From the NCBI GenBank assembly GCA_041658075.1, contig JBBAAW010000003.1, positions 1-61,708 on the forward strand: a stretch of DNA of 61,708 nucleotides, in the 5' to 3' direction. This document shows positions 45,151-54,428 of the stretch, piece after piece. The notes under the pieces are model-generated. The model was not told the DNA's origin. It saw only the letters and a program-made list of their open reading frames with translations, and did not search any database. How positions within the stretch are numbered: the first letter of the stretch is position 1; each line of letters opens with the position of its first letter. The position numbers were made by a program, and so were the translations under genes. The DNA comes from Patescibacteria group bacterium (lineage in GTDB: Bacteria; Patescibacteriota; WWE3; UBA101185; UBA10185).

Positions 45151-47622
45151 TTAAATTTGAATGCTGACTATCTTGCCCGTCACGAAAACTAATTTCTTAA
45201 TTTCCTTGTCCTGAAGGTACGTTCTGAGTTTTCCGTCTTCGGCTATTTTTACTCGGATCGTTTCTTCAGTGTCGATGGGGGTAGTCGTCATTTGTCCGCG
45301 AATCTTACCATTTATCATGATGGGCAAGCTTGTCGCCACGTTTTGAATTTGCGTTTTGTCAAACTTAGGCCACGATTGCCAGTGAATACTGTTGTTCTTA
45401 TCCCACGTAGTGAAGTTGTTTATTTCTTGCCACAACTCTTCTGCCACAAAGGGCATAAAGGGCGCAATTACTTTTATAAAACCCTTCCAGGTTTCAACAT
45501 CGACCGTTTTTGTCCTTTTAAGGTCGTTCACAAAAATCATAATCTCACTTATTGCCGTGTTCATTTTTAAAGCGTTGCACATTTCTGTAACATTTTTCAC
45601 CAGTTTGTTGTACGACTTTTTAATTGCTTCTGATTCGTCGTCCTGTTTCACGTCCCCCAACACCACTTTTTCTTTAAGATCGTAAATGTTTTTAACCAGT
45701 CGCCACATAGCCTTTATAGTATTTTCGTTCCAGGGGTAAGTATCGGAGTAGGGACCAATGAAAGCGAGCGCAATTCTTGTAGCATCGGCACCGTAATTTT
45801 CTATTAAAACTCCCGGTTCTACAATATTACCTAGCCTTTTTGACATCTTTTTTCCGTCAGGTCCCAGCATCAAACCACCATTCATACGCCATTGATAGGG
45901 TTCGGGGCAGGGGACAAGTCCCAAGTCATATAAAAATCTGTGCCAAAAACGGGAATAAAGTAAATGCACCGTGGTGTGTTCTGCGCCACCAAAGTATTTA
46001 TCAACGGGAAGCCAGTATTTCATTTTTTTAAAGTCGGCAAAGGCTTTATCATTATGCGGGTCAATGTATCTTAAAAAATACCAACTCGACCCTGCCCACG
46101 TTGGCATGGTCTGAGACTCTCTTTCTGCAGGCTGACCGTTTTTGTCCTGTGTTTTTATCCAAGCTTTTAATTTTCCAAGTGGCGCCGTTCCAAAAGAATC
46201 TGCTGTGTAATCGTTGGAATAGGGGAGTTCCAAAGGCAAAAGTCTATCTGCTAGAGCTTGGGTTTTTCCATCTTGTGTGTGAATTACGGGTATAGGTTCG
46301 CCCCAGTACCGTTGTCTGGAGAAAATCCAGTCTCGAATCTTGTAGGTGGTAGACCTTTCTCCCATCCCTTTTTCTACCATAAAATCCATAATTTTTTGGG
46401 TAGCTTTGTGGATATCCATGCCATCCAAAAAGGAGGAATTTATCATTGTTCCCTCATCCTCCTGTACCTGTTCTATCTTGGTAATGTCGGAAGTGTCTCC
46501 ATCTCCACCAACCACAACTCTTACAACAGGTAAATTAAAAAGCCCGGCAAATTCAAAATCCCGCCTGTCATGTCCCGGAACCCCTACTACCACCCCCGTA
46601 CCAAAACCCATTAATACATAGTCAGCAACGTAGATGGGCATCTCGTACCCGTTTAGTCCATTTATTGCGTAACTTCCAGTGAACTCTCCGCTTTTATTTT
46701 TACCTCCTTCCATCCTTTCCAGCTCACTTTTGTTCTTAGATTTTCTAGCATACTCCATTACTTTGGTTTTAAATTCAGGCTTGATGATTCGTTCCACTAA
46801 CGGATGTTCCGGTGCGATTACCACAAAAGTCGCGCCAAAATTTGTGTCGGGTCTAGTAGTAAAAACCGTTACTGTCTCCTTGGAGTCCTTTATTTTGTAG
46901 GTAATGTTTATCCCTTCTTTTTTTCCGATCCAGTTTATTTGAGCGCTTTTAATTGACTCTGGAAAATCTACTTGGTTTAGCCCCTCCAGCAGTTTTTCCG
47001 TATAGGCAGGGATTTTTAAGACCCATTGTTTAAACATTTTTCTTTCTACCTTACTGCCATCTCTTTCTGCTATCTTTTCTCCATTTTCTCCGTTTATTAC
47101 TTCTTCGTCAGCCAATATTCCGGCAGTTTGCGAGTACCAGACGGGCATGTCTTTGTATTCCGCTAATCCGTTTTCATAAAACTTTAGGAATAGCCACTGC
47201 GTCCACTTGTAGTATTCTGGGTCTGTAGTGTTAATTTCTCGGTTCCAATCCACCCCGTAGCCAATGTCCATAAAAGCTTTTTTGTAATCTATAGCAAGTT
47301 TTTTTGTTGCGTCTTGTGGACTTACGCCATTTTTAATGGCGTACATTTCTGTTGGCAGTCCAAAAGCGTCCCATCCCATAGGAAACATTACATTGTAGCC
47401 CTTCATTCTTAAAAATCGCGAATACATCTCTGGAACTGTATAGCGCATGGCGTGACCTACATGAAGAGATTTTCCGGAAGGGTAGGGGAGCTCGGCTAGG
47501 ATGTATTTTTTTGGTTTGGGGGAAAAGTCCACTGCCTCGTAAATGTTGTCCGCGTACCATTTTTCTTTCCAAAGCTGCTCAATTTTTTTGTGATCGTACT
47601 TAGTAATTTTTTCTTGCGACAT
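45151..47622 (-). CDS. leuS: leucyl-tRNA synthetase
   Basis: 823 aa. PYPSGKSLHVGHAMRYT (HIGH), KMSKRLGN (KMSKS), and a CP1 editing-domain layout. Confidence 0.95.
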   Translation of the reverse strand: MSQEKITKYDHKKIEQLWKEKWYADNIYEAVDFSPKPKKYILAELPYPSGKSLHVGHAMRYTVPEMYSRFLRMKGYNVMFPMGWDAFGLPTEMYAIKNGVSPQDATKKLAIDYKKAFMDIGYGVDWNREINTTDPEYYKWTQWLFLKFYENGLAEYKDMPVWYSQTAGILADEEVINGENGEKIAERDGSKVERKMFKQWVLKIPAYTEKLLEGLNQVDFPESIKSAQINWIGKKEGINITYKIKDSKETVTVFTTRPDTNFGATFVVIAPEHPLVERIIKPEFKTKVMEYARKSKNKSELERMEGGKNKSGEFTGSYAINGLNGYEMPIYVADYVLMGFGTGVVVGVPGHDRRDFEFAGLFNLPVVRVVVGGDGDTSDITKIEQVQEDEGTMINSSFLDGMDIHKATQKIMDFMVEKGMGERSTTYKIRDWIFSRQRYWGEPIPVIHTQDGKTQALADRLLPLELPYSNDYTADSFGTAPLGKLKAWIKTQDKNGQPAERESQTMPTWAGSSWYFLRYIDPHNDKAFADFKKMKYWLPVDKYFGGAEHTTVHLLYSRFWHRFLYDLGLVPCPEPYQWRMNGGLMLGPDGKKMSKRLGNIVEPGVLIENYGADATRIALAFIGPYSDTYPWNENTIKAMWRLVKNIYDLKEKVVLGDVKQDDESEAIKKSYNKLVKNVTEMCNALKMNTAISEIMIFVNDLKRTKTVDVETWKGFIKVIAPFMPFVAEELWQEINNFTTWDKNNSIHWQSWPKFDKTQIQNVATSLPIMINGKIRGQMTTTPIDTEETIRVKIAEDGKLRTYLQDKEIKKLVFVTGKIVSIQI

Positions 47623-47658
47623 GGGGGGATTTTATATCTTTTTAGCGACACAGACAAC

Positions 47659-47772
47659 TGTGTTAAATACGCGCCATATATGTGTTAGATATTCACGCGT
47701 AATTAACGATAAACACTTTCATGTGCGTTAAATAGCAGGTTTATCTTGCTAAGTATTCACGAACTATTAACG
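47659..47772. repeat. imperfect direct repeat of about 50 nt (two copies, period about 63 nt) in the leuS/comEA divergent region
   Basis: Copy 1 is TGTGTTAAATA..TGTTAGATATTCACGCGTAATTAACG at 47659-47708. Copy 2 is TGTGCGTTAAATA..TGCTAAGTATTCACGAACTATTAACG at 47722-47772. Confidence 0.7.
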
Positions 47773-47897
47773 CGCCTACCTGTGACCTATCGTCAGATAT
47801 GCGGGAAACGTGCCCCAGAAGCTGTCGTTGAAGTGAATTCTAGTCAAACTAGAACATACCATCTTGTATTTACTTTAACCTGTGTTATTTATGAGTT

Positions 47898-48659
47898 GTG
47901 TTTGAAGATCAACCACAAAAACTTTATGAAACCCTTGTTGACAAGGTTAACAGTATATTTGTTAAAAAGCCTTTTGTGTCGACTATTGCAGTAAGCGTAG
48001 TAGTAAGTTTGGCGGTTTTGTTTATAACTTTGGACTACAAAAAAGGGGCGGCTAAGGTTGAGATATCGCAAGACAATTCGGTTGTAGTAGCTACCGAGTC
48101 GAGTAATAAGGAAATAAAAGTGGACTTATGCGGGGCGGTGAAAAAGCCCGGGGTTTACACACTTAACGCAAAATCCCGTCTAATTGACTTACTCGCTTTA
48201 GGCGGGGGGTTTACAAGCGATGTTAGTTCTTTGTGGGTTAGTAAAAACCTTAATTTATCGCAAAGTTTGGTAGACGGGGAAAAGGTTTATATTCCATTTG
48301 AGTGGGATGTTAACGGAGTTAACGGGGGTGATGTCGATTTGAAACCCTTGAGCTTGGGTATTGTTAAAGATTCCAAACAGGCAAGTTTAGTGGCGGGAGC
48401 GCTTAAAAACATGGGAGTAAGTGCGATTTTGGAGTCATCGGGTTCGGCTTTAACCGGTTCGGAAACTTTATCCGGTCAAAGTAAAGTAAATGTGAATACC
48501 GCGTCAGCATCCGATATGGATTTATTACCAGGTATTGGTCCGGCTTTTGCGGGAAGAATTGTGGAAAATCGTTCTTACGTGTCGTTTGAAGAATTTAAAG
48601 AAAAAAGCGGGCTATCTGCCAGCTTAGCAGACAGTCTTAAAGATCTTATATCTTTTTAG
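47898..48659 (+). CDS. comEA: ComEA-like DNA receptor
   Basis: TM anchor, SLBB-like region, and a C-terminal helix-hairpin-helix VNVNTASASDMDLLPGIGPAFAGRIVENR. GTG start. Confidence 0.8.
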   Translation: MFEDQPQKLYETLVDKVNSIFVKKPFVSTIAVSVVVSLAVLFITLDYKKGAAKVEISQDNSVVVATESSNKEIKVDLCGAVKKPGVYTLNAKSRLIDLLALGGGFTSDVSSLWVSKNLNLSQSLVDGEKVYIPFEWDVNGVNGGDVDLKPLSLGIVKDSKQASLVAGALKNMGVSAILESSGSALTGSETLSGQSKVNVNTASASDMDLLPGIGPAFAGRIVENRSYVSFEEFKEKSGLSASLADSLKDLISF

Positions 48660-48666
48660 GCAAATT

Positions 48667-49815
48667 ATGAAGACCAAGGCGTTTATTTTGTTGACTTTGC
48701 TGACACTTTGGCGAATTGGAGAGTTTGTTGATTGGCATAGTAAGGCATTTATTGACAAGTTTAGTAATGACTTCGAATCCACTTATCAAGCGCCTGTGGA
48801 TGAGTGTGCGCAGGCTAATAATATCCGGGATAATAAAACCGGTGTTGGTTTTTTGGGTTTAAAATCCCTAGGGCAGGGGATTTATTGTGGCTTTAAATTG
48901 GCATCGGAAAAGTTTAGGTTAAAGGCGTCGGACAAAATACAAGAAGTTTTACCCAGCCCACATAGCGAACTTGTTATGGGTATGGTTTTGGGAGAAAATC
49001 GTTTTAAACTCATTCCTACATATAACGACATCTTGAAGACTGTAGGGTTGGTGCATGTGGTTGTGGTTTCCGGTTACAATATAAGTCTTGTATTTACTTT
49101 ATTAATGCGCGTATTAGGTTCACAATATAAAGCTAAAAACTTAATTGTGGGGTTATTTTGTACCTTTATTTATTCGGGAATTTCGGGATTTGGCGTGCCT
49201 GCGGTTAGAGCTTGGATAATGGGTTCTATAGCGGTAATTTTTAAGTTTTACGGTCGCCCTACGCAAGGTATAAAAGTTCTTATATCTTCAGCCTTAGTCA
49301 TACTATGTATAACTCCAAACCAGTTGTTTTCCGTAAGCTTTTTATTAAGTTTTTTGGCTACACTGGGTGTGATGGTTGTTCCGGAAGCCTTAAAGGAAGT
49401 GTGGCGCTTACTAGGTGTTAAGAGTAAAACGTCTCTTTTTGAGGACTTTAACACCAGTTTAAGTGCACAGTTGATGGTAAATCCTATTATTTCTTATTAT
49501 TTTGGTACCATAAGTTTGGTGGCTTTAGTGGCAAACCCGTTGGTTTTATGGGTAGTACCTCTGTGTACAGTTTTAGGCGGTGCTTTGGTGTTTTTGGCTT
49601 TTGTAAGTCCCCTGTTGACAAAAATTTTAGCTTTACTGCTATATCCCTTTTTGGATTTTTTTGTGTCGTTTTCAGAATTATTTTCTGGTTTCAAATCAGC
49701 GTCTTTGCAAGTTAGATTCAGTTTTTACGGGATGGTGATTTACTACCTTTTACTATTATTGGGAATAAAATTATTGAGTCGGTCTAATAAGGGCAACAGG
49801 AGAGGCAAATCGTGA
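48667..49815 (+). CDS. comEC: ComEC/Rec2 competence-channel domain protein
   Basis: 382 aa polytopic protein with a Competence-domain-like TM core. The stop overlaps the next ORF (GTGA). Confidence 0.7.
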   Translation: MKTKAFILLTLLTLWRIGEFVDWHSKAFIDKFSNDFESTYQAPVDECAQANNIRDNKTGVGFLGLKSLGQGIYCGFKLASEKFRLKASDKIQEVLPSPHSELVMGMVLGENRFKLIPTYNDILKTVGLVHVVVVSGYNISLVFTLLMRVLGSQYKAKNLIVGLFCTFIYSGISGFGVPAVRAWIMGSIAVIFKFYGRPTQGIKVLISSALVILCITPNQLFSVSFLLSFLATLGVMVVPEALKEVWRLLGVKSKTSLFEDFNTSLSAQLMVNPIISYYFGTISLVALVANPLVLWVVPLCTVLGGALVFLAFVSPLLTKILALLLYPFLDFFVSFSELFSGFKSASLQVRFSFYGMVIYYLLLLLGIKLLSRSNKGNRRGKS

Positions 49816-50576
49816 AATTATTTCCGTACGTAGTTTTTATAGTGGGCTATTATTTACTGCGGATACTGCTTTGTTTACCCCAAAGCGATAGGTTTTTTAT
49901 ATCCTTTTTGGATGTTGGACAGGGAGACTCTTTTGTCATAAATATTCCTAATTACGGACGAGCCCTGATTGATGTTGGGATAGACTATCAGTCTAATTAT
50001 CTATCTGCTAGACAGTCAGCTTTTCCCGTTTGTAATATAAAATCAGTGTTTATTACACATTATGACAGTGATCACGCCGGGGGCTTGGAGAGGTTTAGTA
50101 AATTTTGTCGTAATATTACTATTTATGACAATTTGTCGTACGAGGATGTTGTAGATTTTGGTGTTGTAAAACTGTATGTTTTAAGTCCGCCAATAAAAAA
50201 TTCTACTCATCAGGAAAACGATGATTCTCTTGTAATGCTGTTAAAATACCAGGACTTTGAGGCACTACTTACCGGAGATGCGGGTTTAAATGCGCTAGAG
50301 CCAGTGGGTAAAATTATCAGCGATTACAAACGCAAAGGTATAATTTCAGGTGGTTTGGATGTGTATAAAGTCTCTCATCACGGATCCCCACATAACAACA
50401 GTAAAGGTTTGATCGACGCATTAAAGCCCACGCGTTGCATAATTTCAGTAGGTAAGAATAATTACGGGCATCCTAGTAAAGAGGTTATTCGTGACTTAGC
50501 TGATGCGGGATGTTTAGTGCAAAGAACCGATAAGGACGGCACAATTACCCTTTACAGTGTTGGGGTGATATACTAA
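49812..50576 (+). CDS. ComEC-type metallo-beta-lactamase domain protein (separate ORF)
   Basis: LDVGQGDS and HYDSDHAGG (HxHxDH-like) motifs, KVSHHGS, and an N-terminal TM helix. Confidence 0.75.
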   Translation: MKLFPYVVFIVGYYLLRILLCLPQSDRFFISFLDVGQGDSFVINIPNYGRALIDVGIDYQSNYLSARQSAFPVCNIKSVFITHYDSDHAGGLERFSKFCRNITIYDNLSYEDVVDFGVVKLYVLSPPIKNSTHQENDDSLVMLLKYQDFEALLTGDAGLNALEPVGKIISDYKRKGIISGGLDVYKVSHHGSPHNNSKGLIDALKPTRCIISVGKNNYGHPSKEVIRDLADAGCLVQRTDKDGTITLYSVGVIY

Positions 50577-50580
50577 ATTT

Positions 50581-52509
50581 ATGTTTATTGACGAGGTAAT
50601 TTCTGACAATATTAAAAAAGCTTTTAACGACCTTTACGGTCGCAATTTATCACAAGTTGGCGTTGAACATCCCCAAAACCCTTTGTGGGGTGATTACTCT
50701 ACTAATGTAGCTTTAGTGACCGCAAAAAATTTTGATAAACAACCGTTTACTCTAGCTAAGGAAGTTTTACTGTGGCTTCAAAATGCGGATTTGCAAGATT
50801 ATTTTGAAGATATTTCTGTAGCCGGACCCGGATTTATTAATTTTACTTTATCCAATAACTACCTGTTATCTCAGCTTTTGCTAGTTCTTAAGGAGGCACA
50901 AGATTTTGGTGCAGGTAATATTGGAAGTGGTAAAAAAATTGCTTTGGAACACTCAAATGTCAATCCAAATAAAGCTGCGCATATCGGTCATTTAAGGAAC
51001 GCGGTGATTGGGCAGTTTCTGGAGCGTGCCTATGAATTTGTAGGTTATGATGTTAAGGTTCAATACTATTCAAACGATTTGGGGGTGCAGGTATCTACCT
51101 TACTTTTGGGTATGGAGGAGCTGAATCTGGGGTTTGATTCTGCACAATATAAAAAATTTGACCATTATGCTTGGGATATTTACGCGAAAATCTCACAAAT
51201 GATAGACAATGACACACATCTTAAGAAAAAGTTAGCAGATTTAATCGTAAAACTGGACAACAGAGATAATGAAATCTCGCAAAAACAATCTGAGTTGTCT
51301 AAAAAGATACTAAAGGATAATCTGGCTACATTTTCGTCCTTAGGGATAGATTACGATTTAATAGTATACGAATCAAGCATCAAGGACATGCTCATGTGGG
51401 AGGAAACATTCGAAATACTAAAGAAGAATGAAAGAGTATATTTAGCAACGGAAGGTGATTCAAAAGGATGTTGGTTGGTGAAAATGAGTGATAGTAGCCG
51501 CGCAACACTTAATAGTGAAGAAAGCGTCAATAGGATAGAAGAAGATAAAATAATCGTCCGTTCTAACGGAGTACCTACCTATACAGGCAAAGACATCGCA
51601 TATCATATGTGGAAATTTGGTTTGTTAAATAAAGATTTTAAATATAATAAAGTTATTTCGACATCCCAAGGCAAGGATCTATATGAAACAGTTGTTGTGG
51701 GGTACGATAAAAAAGATTTTAGCGCCTCTGACATTGTAATGGACGTAATAGATGTTAAACAGACATATGCTATAGACGCAGTTAAGAAAACGTTGGGGTA
51801 TTTAGGGTATAAAGAACAGTCATGTAACCTTATTCATATTAATTACGGACATGTGTACCTTTCTAATAACACAGCAGTTAAGTTGGGTTATAGTCTAGAA
51901 GAAGACGATAGAGGCCAAATAGCAATGAGTGGGCGGAAGGGAGTGGGTGTTAAAATTGATGATTTCATTGAAATGGTTGAAGAGTCATTAAAAAGCAGGT
52001 TTGGTGATTTTCCAAATATTAAGGATGTAAGAAATGCCGTTATTAAATTTGACATGCTAAGGTATGATACTTTTCAAGATATCGTTTTTGATGTGGACGA
52101 CGCCCTCAGTGTTAAAGGGTTTACTGGACCTTATATTCAATATACCCACGCTCGTACCAATTCTTTATTGGAAAAAGCAAGATATATAATCGACGATGAA
52201 AGCTTAGATTACGCGGTTAAGAGATTTAAAAAGCTGGAGATTAACTCTTCTGCCCAGGATGTGCTAAAAGTTGTATACAAATTTCCGGAAGTCGTTATGC
52301 AGTCGGCTAAACAATATGCGCCCAATCTAATGTGCGTTTACCTTTATGATCTGTGTCAAAAATTCAATTCTTTTTACAACGACTCCCCTATTTTGAATGC
52401 GGAGACGCCAGACATTAAAGATTTTAGGCTTTTTCTTACCGCGTCAGTTAAACAAGTCATAAAAAATGGTTTATATTTACTTGGAGTAAATGCTGTTGAT
52501 AGAATGTAG
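50581..52509 (+). CDS. argS: arginyl-tRNA synthetase
   Basis: 642 aa. SNVNPNKAAHIGHLRN (HIGH), an anticodon-binding C-terminal domain, and a C-terminus ending ...DRM. Confidence 0.9.
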   Translation: MFIDEVISDNIKKAFNDLYGRNLSQVGVEHPQNPLWGDYSTNVALVTAKNFDKQPFTLAKEVLLWLQNADLQDYFEDISVAGPGFINFTLSNNYLLSQLLLVLKEAQDFGAGNIGSGKKIALEHSNVNPNKAAHIGHLRNAVIGQFLERAYEFVGYDVKVQYYSNDLGVQVSTLLLGMEELNLGFDSAQYKKFDHYAWDIYAKISQMIDNDTHLKKKLADLIVKLDNRDNEISQKQSELSKKILKDNLATFSSLGIDYDLIVYESSIKDMLMWEETFEILKKNERVYLATEGDSKGCWLVKMSDSSRATLNSEESVNRIEEDKIIVRSNGVPTYTGKDIAYHMWKFGLLNKDFKYNKVISTSQGKDLYETVVVGYDKKDFSASDIVMDVIDVKQTYAIDAVKKTLGYLGYKEQSCNLIHINYGHVYLSNNTAVKLGYSLEEDDRGQIAMSGRKGVGVKIDDFIEMVEESLKSRFGDFPNIKDVRNAVIKFDMLRYDTFQDIVFDVDDALSVKGFTGPYIQYTHARTNSLLEKARYIIDDESLDYAVKRFKKLEINSSAQDVLKVVYKFPEVVMQSAKQYAPNLMCVYLYDLCQKFNSFYNDSPILNAETPDIKDFRLFLTASVKQVIKNGLYLLGVNAVDRM

Positions 52510-52547
52510 GCATTGTTGGGCAATGTAGGCATTGATTGGAGTGTCAC

Positions 52548-53552
52548 ATGGGTTTGTTTAAAAATACTAGGTCAAAAAAGAGTGTTAGTATAGTTAGGAT
52601 AATATCTGCCGTCTTAGTCCTAGGAGTTTTGGTTTTGATCGTGGCGGAATCGGCGAGATATCTCTATATTGCCAGAGTTCCCAAAAGCGTAAGCTCTAAA
52701 ATTGACCCATCCATGGAGAAGTTGGCATCTGTTTTAGGTATGGCAAAAACCTCTCTAGATTCCCTTGAGAATATTGGGAACATTTTTACTAAGGACGACA
52801 CTAGTGGGGCGACAGAAAGAGTTACCGAGGGTAAAACCAGCAGAAAGGTAGTTTCAAAAATTGCCATACTCTCCGACTCCCATAATGATTTAGAAAGCTT
52901 GAAAAAGGCTTTGGAGAAGGCTAAAAACTTAGAAGTAGAAAAGATAGTTTTTCTTGGAGATTATACCGACTACGGGAAAGAGACAGACCTCGCAAAATCA
53001 AAGGAGATAATGGATCAGGCTGGGATTGATTATGTTTCCCTACCCGGCGATCATGATATTGCTGAAACGCGCGATGAATCTAATTTTGCTAAAGTTTTTG
53101 GAAAGACTTACGGAGTGTGGGAACAAGATGACCTTGAATTTATGTATTTTGACAATAGCAAGAACTATACTGCTATTAGTCCTAAAAATATCGAATGGTT
53201 TAAAAATAACATAAATAGCATTGATTTTCTCTTTCTTTCACAACCTTTAATGACATATGATGTGTCAAGAGTTATGGGAATTATTGATGATGTTAAAGAT
53301 GAGGTGGTCTATGCTCAAAACAAAGAGCTTTTAGACCTAGTTCGCAACAGCAAAGTTAGAGTGATAATCGCGGGAGATTTGCATGAGTTTTCACACCTTG
53401 TCGATCCAGTTAAAAAAGATTTGCAGCATTACATTATCGGTGCTGTTGTGTCTCAAAGTTTGGAAAACCGGAATATTTACCCGTCCAGATTTGCTGTGTT
53501 AGACATTTTTAGTGATGACTCTTACAATATAGACGATATACCTATTGATTAG
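52548..53552 (+). CDS. membrane-anchored metallophosphoesterase
   Basis: ILSDSHND, GDYTDYG, GDHD and GDLHEF motifs. GGAG SD lies before ATG 52548. The track start is 52536. Confidence 0.75.
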   Translation: MGLFKNTRSKKSVSIVRIISAVLVLGVLVLIVAESARYLYIARVPKSVSSKIDPSMEKLASVLGMAKTSLDSLENIGNIFTKDDTSGATERVTEGKTSRKVVSKIAILSDSHNDLESLKKALEKAKNLEVEKIVFLGDYTDYGKETDLAKSKEIMDQAGIDYVSLPGDHDIAETRDESNFAKVFGKTYGVWEQDDLEFMYFDNSKNYTAISPKNIEWFKNNINSIDFLFLSQPLMTYDVSRVMGIIDDVKDEVVYAQNKELLDLVRNSKVRVIIAGDLHEFSHLVDPVKKDLQHYIIGAVVSQSLENRNIYPSRFAVLDIFSDDSYNIDDIPID

Positions 53553-53571
53553 CCTCTAGCTGAGTGTTAAC

Positions 53572-54162
53572 ATGTTGCTTATGATACAAAGATCGCTAGT
53601 ATTGATGAAGCCCGATGCCGTTAAACGAGGTATTGTTGGCGAGATCTTACATAGGTTTGAGAGAGCGGGGTTAAAGATTGTGGCCATGAAGATGGTTTTA
53701 GTTGACGACCGCTTAGCAGAAGGTCACTACACCACTTCCGATGAACAGATTATTGGTATGGGGAACAAAACGCTTGCAGATTGTGCAAAATTTGGTCTCA
53801 GTCCTGTTGAGAAGTTGGGAACAGGTGATCCTAGAAAGGTTGGAGAGATGATCTGGAAATGGAATTTAGCCTTCTTAAAGTCCGGTCCTGTATTGGCGGT
53901 TGTTTTTCAGGGTGCTCATGCAGTTGAGAATATTAGAATGCTTGTTGGGCCTACTTTACCCTCTGTTGCTCCCGCTGGGACAATCAGGGGCGATTTTGCT
54001 TTAGATTCTGCAGTTGCCGCAAATGAACGTGGTAGGGCAATTTACAATTTAGTGCATGCATCTGGATCTGTAGAAGAGGCTGAAAGGGAGATTAAGCTAT
54101 GGTTTAAACCCCAGGAAATAATGGATTACAAGCGTATTCACGAGGACCTTTACAACTACTAG
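53572..54162 (+). CDS. ndk: nucleoside diphosphate kinase (long form with an insert of about 35 aa)
   Basis: ERSLVLMKPDAV, RGDFA and NLVHASGS (catalytic His) motifs. 196 aa. Confidence 0.85.
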   Translation: MLLMIQRSLVLMKPDAVKRGIVGEILHRFERAGLKIVAMKMVLVDDRLAEGHYTTSDEQIIGMGNKTLADCAKFGLSPVEKLGTGDPRKVGEMIWKWNLAFLKSGPVLAVVFQGAHAVENIRMLVGPTLPSVAPAGTIRGDFALDSAVAANERGRAIYNLVHASGSVEEAEREIKLWFKPQEIMDYKRIHEDLYNY

Positions 54163-54198
54163 ATTTTCCAATAAAGTCAACATTACAATAATGAGTAT

Positions 54199-54288
54199 GG
54201 AGGGGTCGCATAGTGGTCTAGTGCGATGGTCCTGAAAACCATTTTCGTCGCAAGGCGAACGAGGGTTCGAATCCCTCCCCCTCCGCCA
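54199..54288 (+). tRNA. tRNA-Ser(TGA), class II with long variable arm
   Basis: 90 nt. Acceptor GGAGGGG/CCCCTCC, discriminator G, encoded CCA, long variable stem-loop. The anticodon loop is CCTGAAA. Confidence 0.8.
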
Positions 54289-54298
54289 TATTTATGTA

Positions 54299-54373
54299 TG
54301 GTACTCCCGGCGGGAATTGAACCCGCACCTTTGGCTTCGGAAGCCAAAATTCTATCCGTTGAACTACGGGAGC
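54299..54373 (-). tRNA. tRNA-Arg(CCG)
   Basis: The reverse complement folds as a 75-nt cloverleaf. Anticodon loop TTCCGAA, encoded CCA, G1-U72 wobble pair. Confidence 0.85.
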
Positions 54374-54428
54374 TTATTACAATCCGTTACCCTGACAATT
54401 TTAACACGATGGTGTATTATTGATTGTT

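Noticed and set aside
45292-47572. Numerous 60-97 aa ORFs antisense to or inside leuS
   Set aside because: leuS is continuous and carries all class I motifs. The small ORFs have no start signals and are typical antisense noise.
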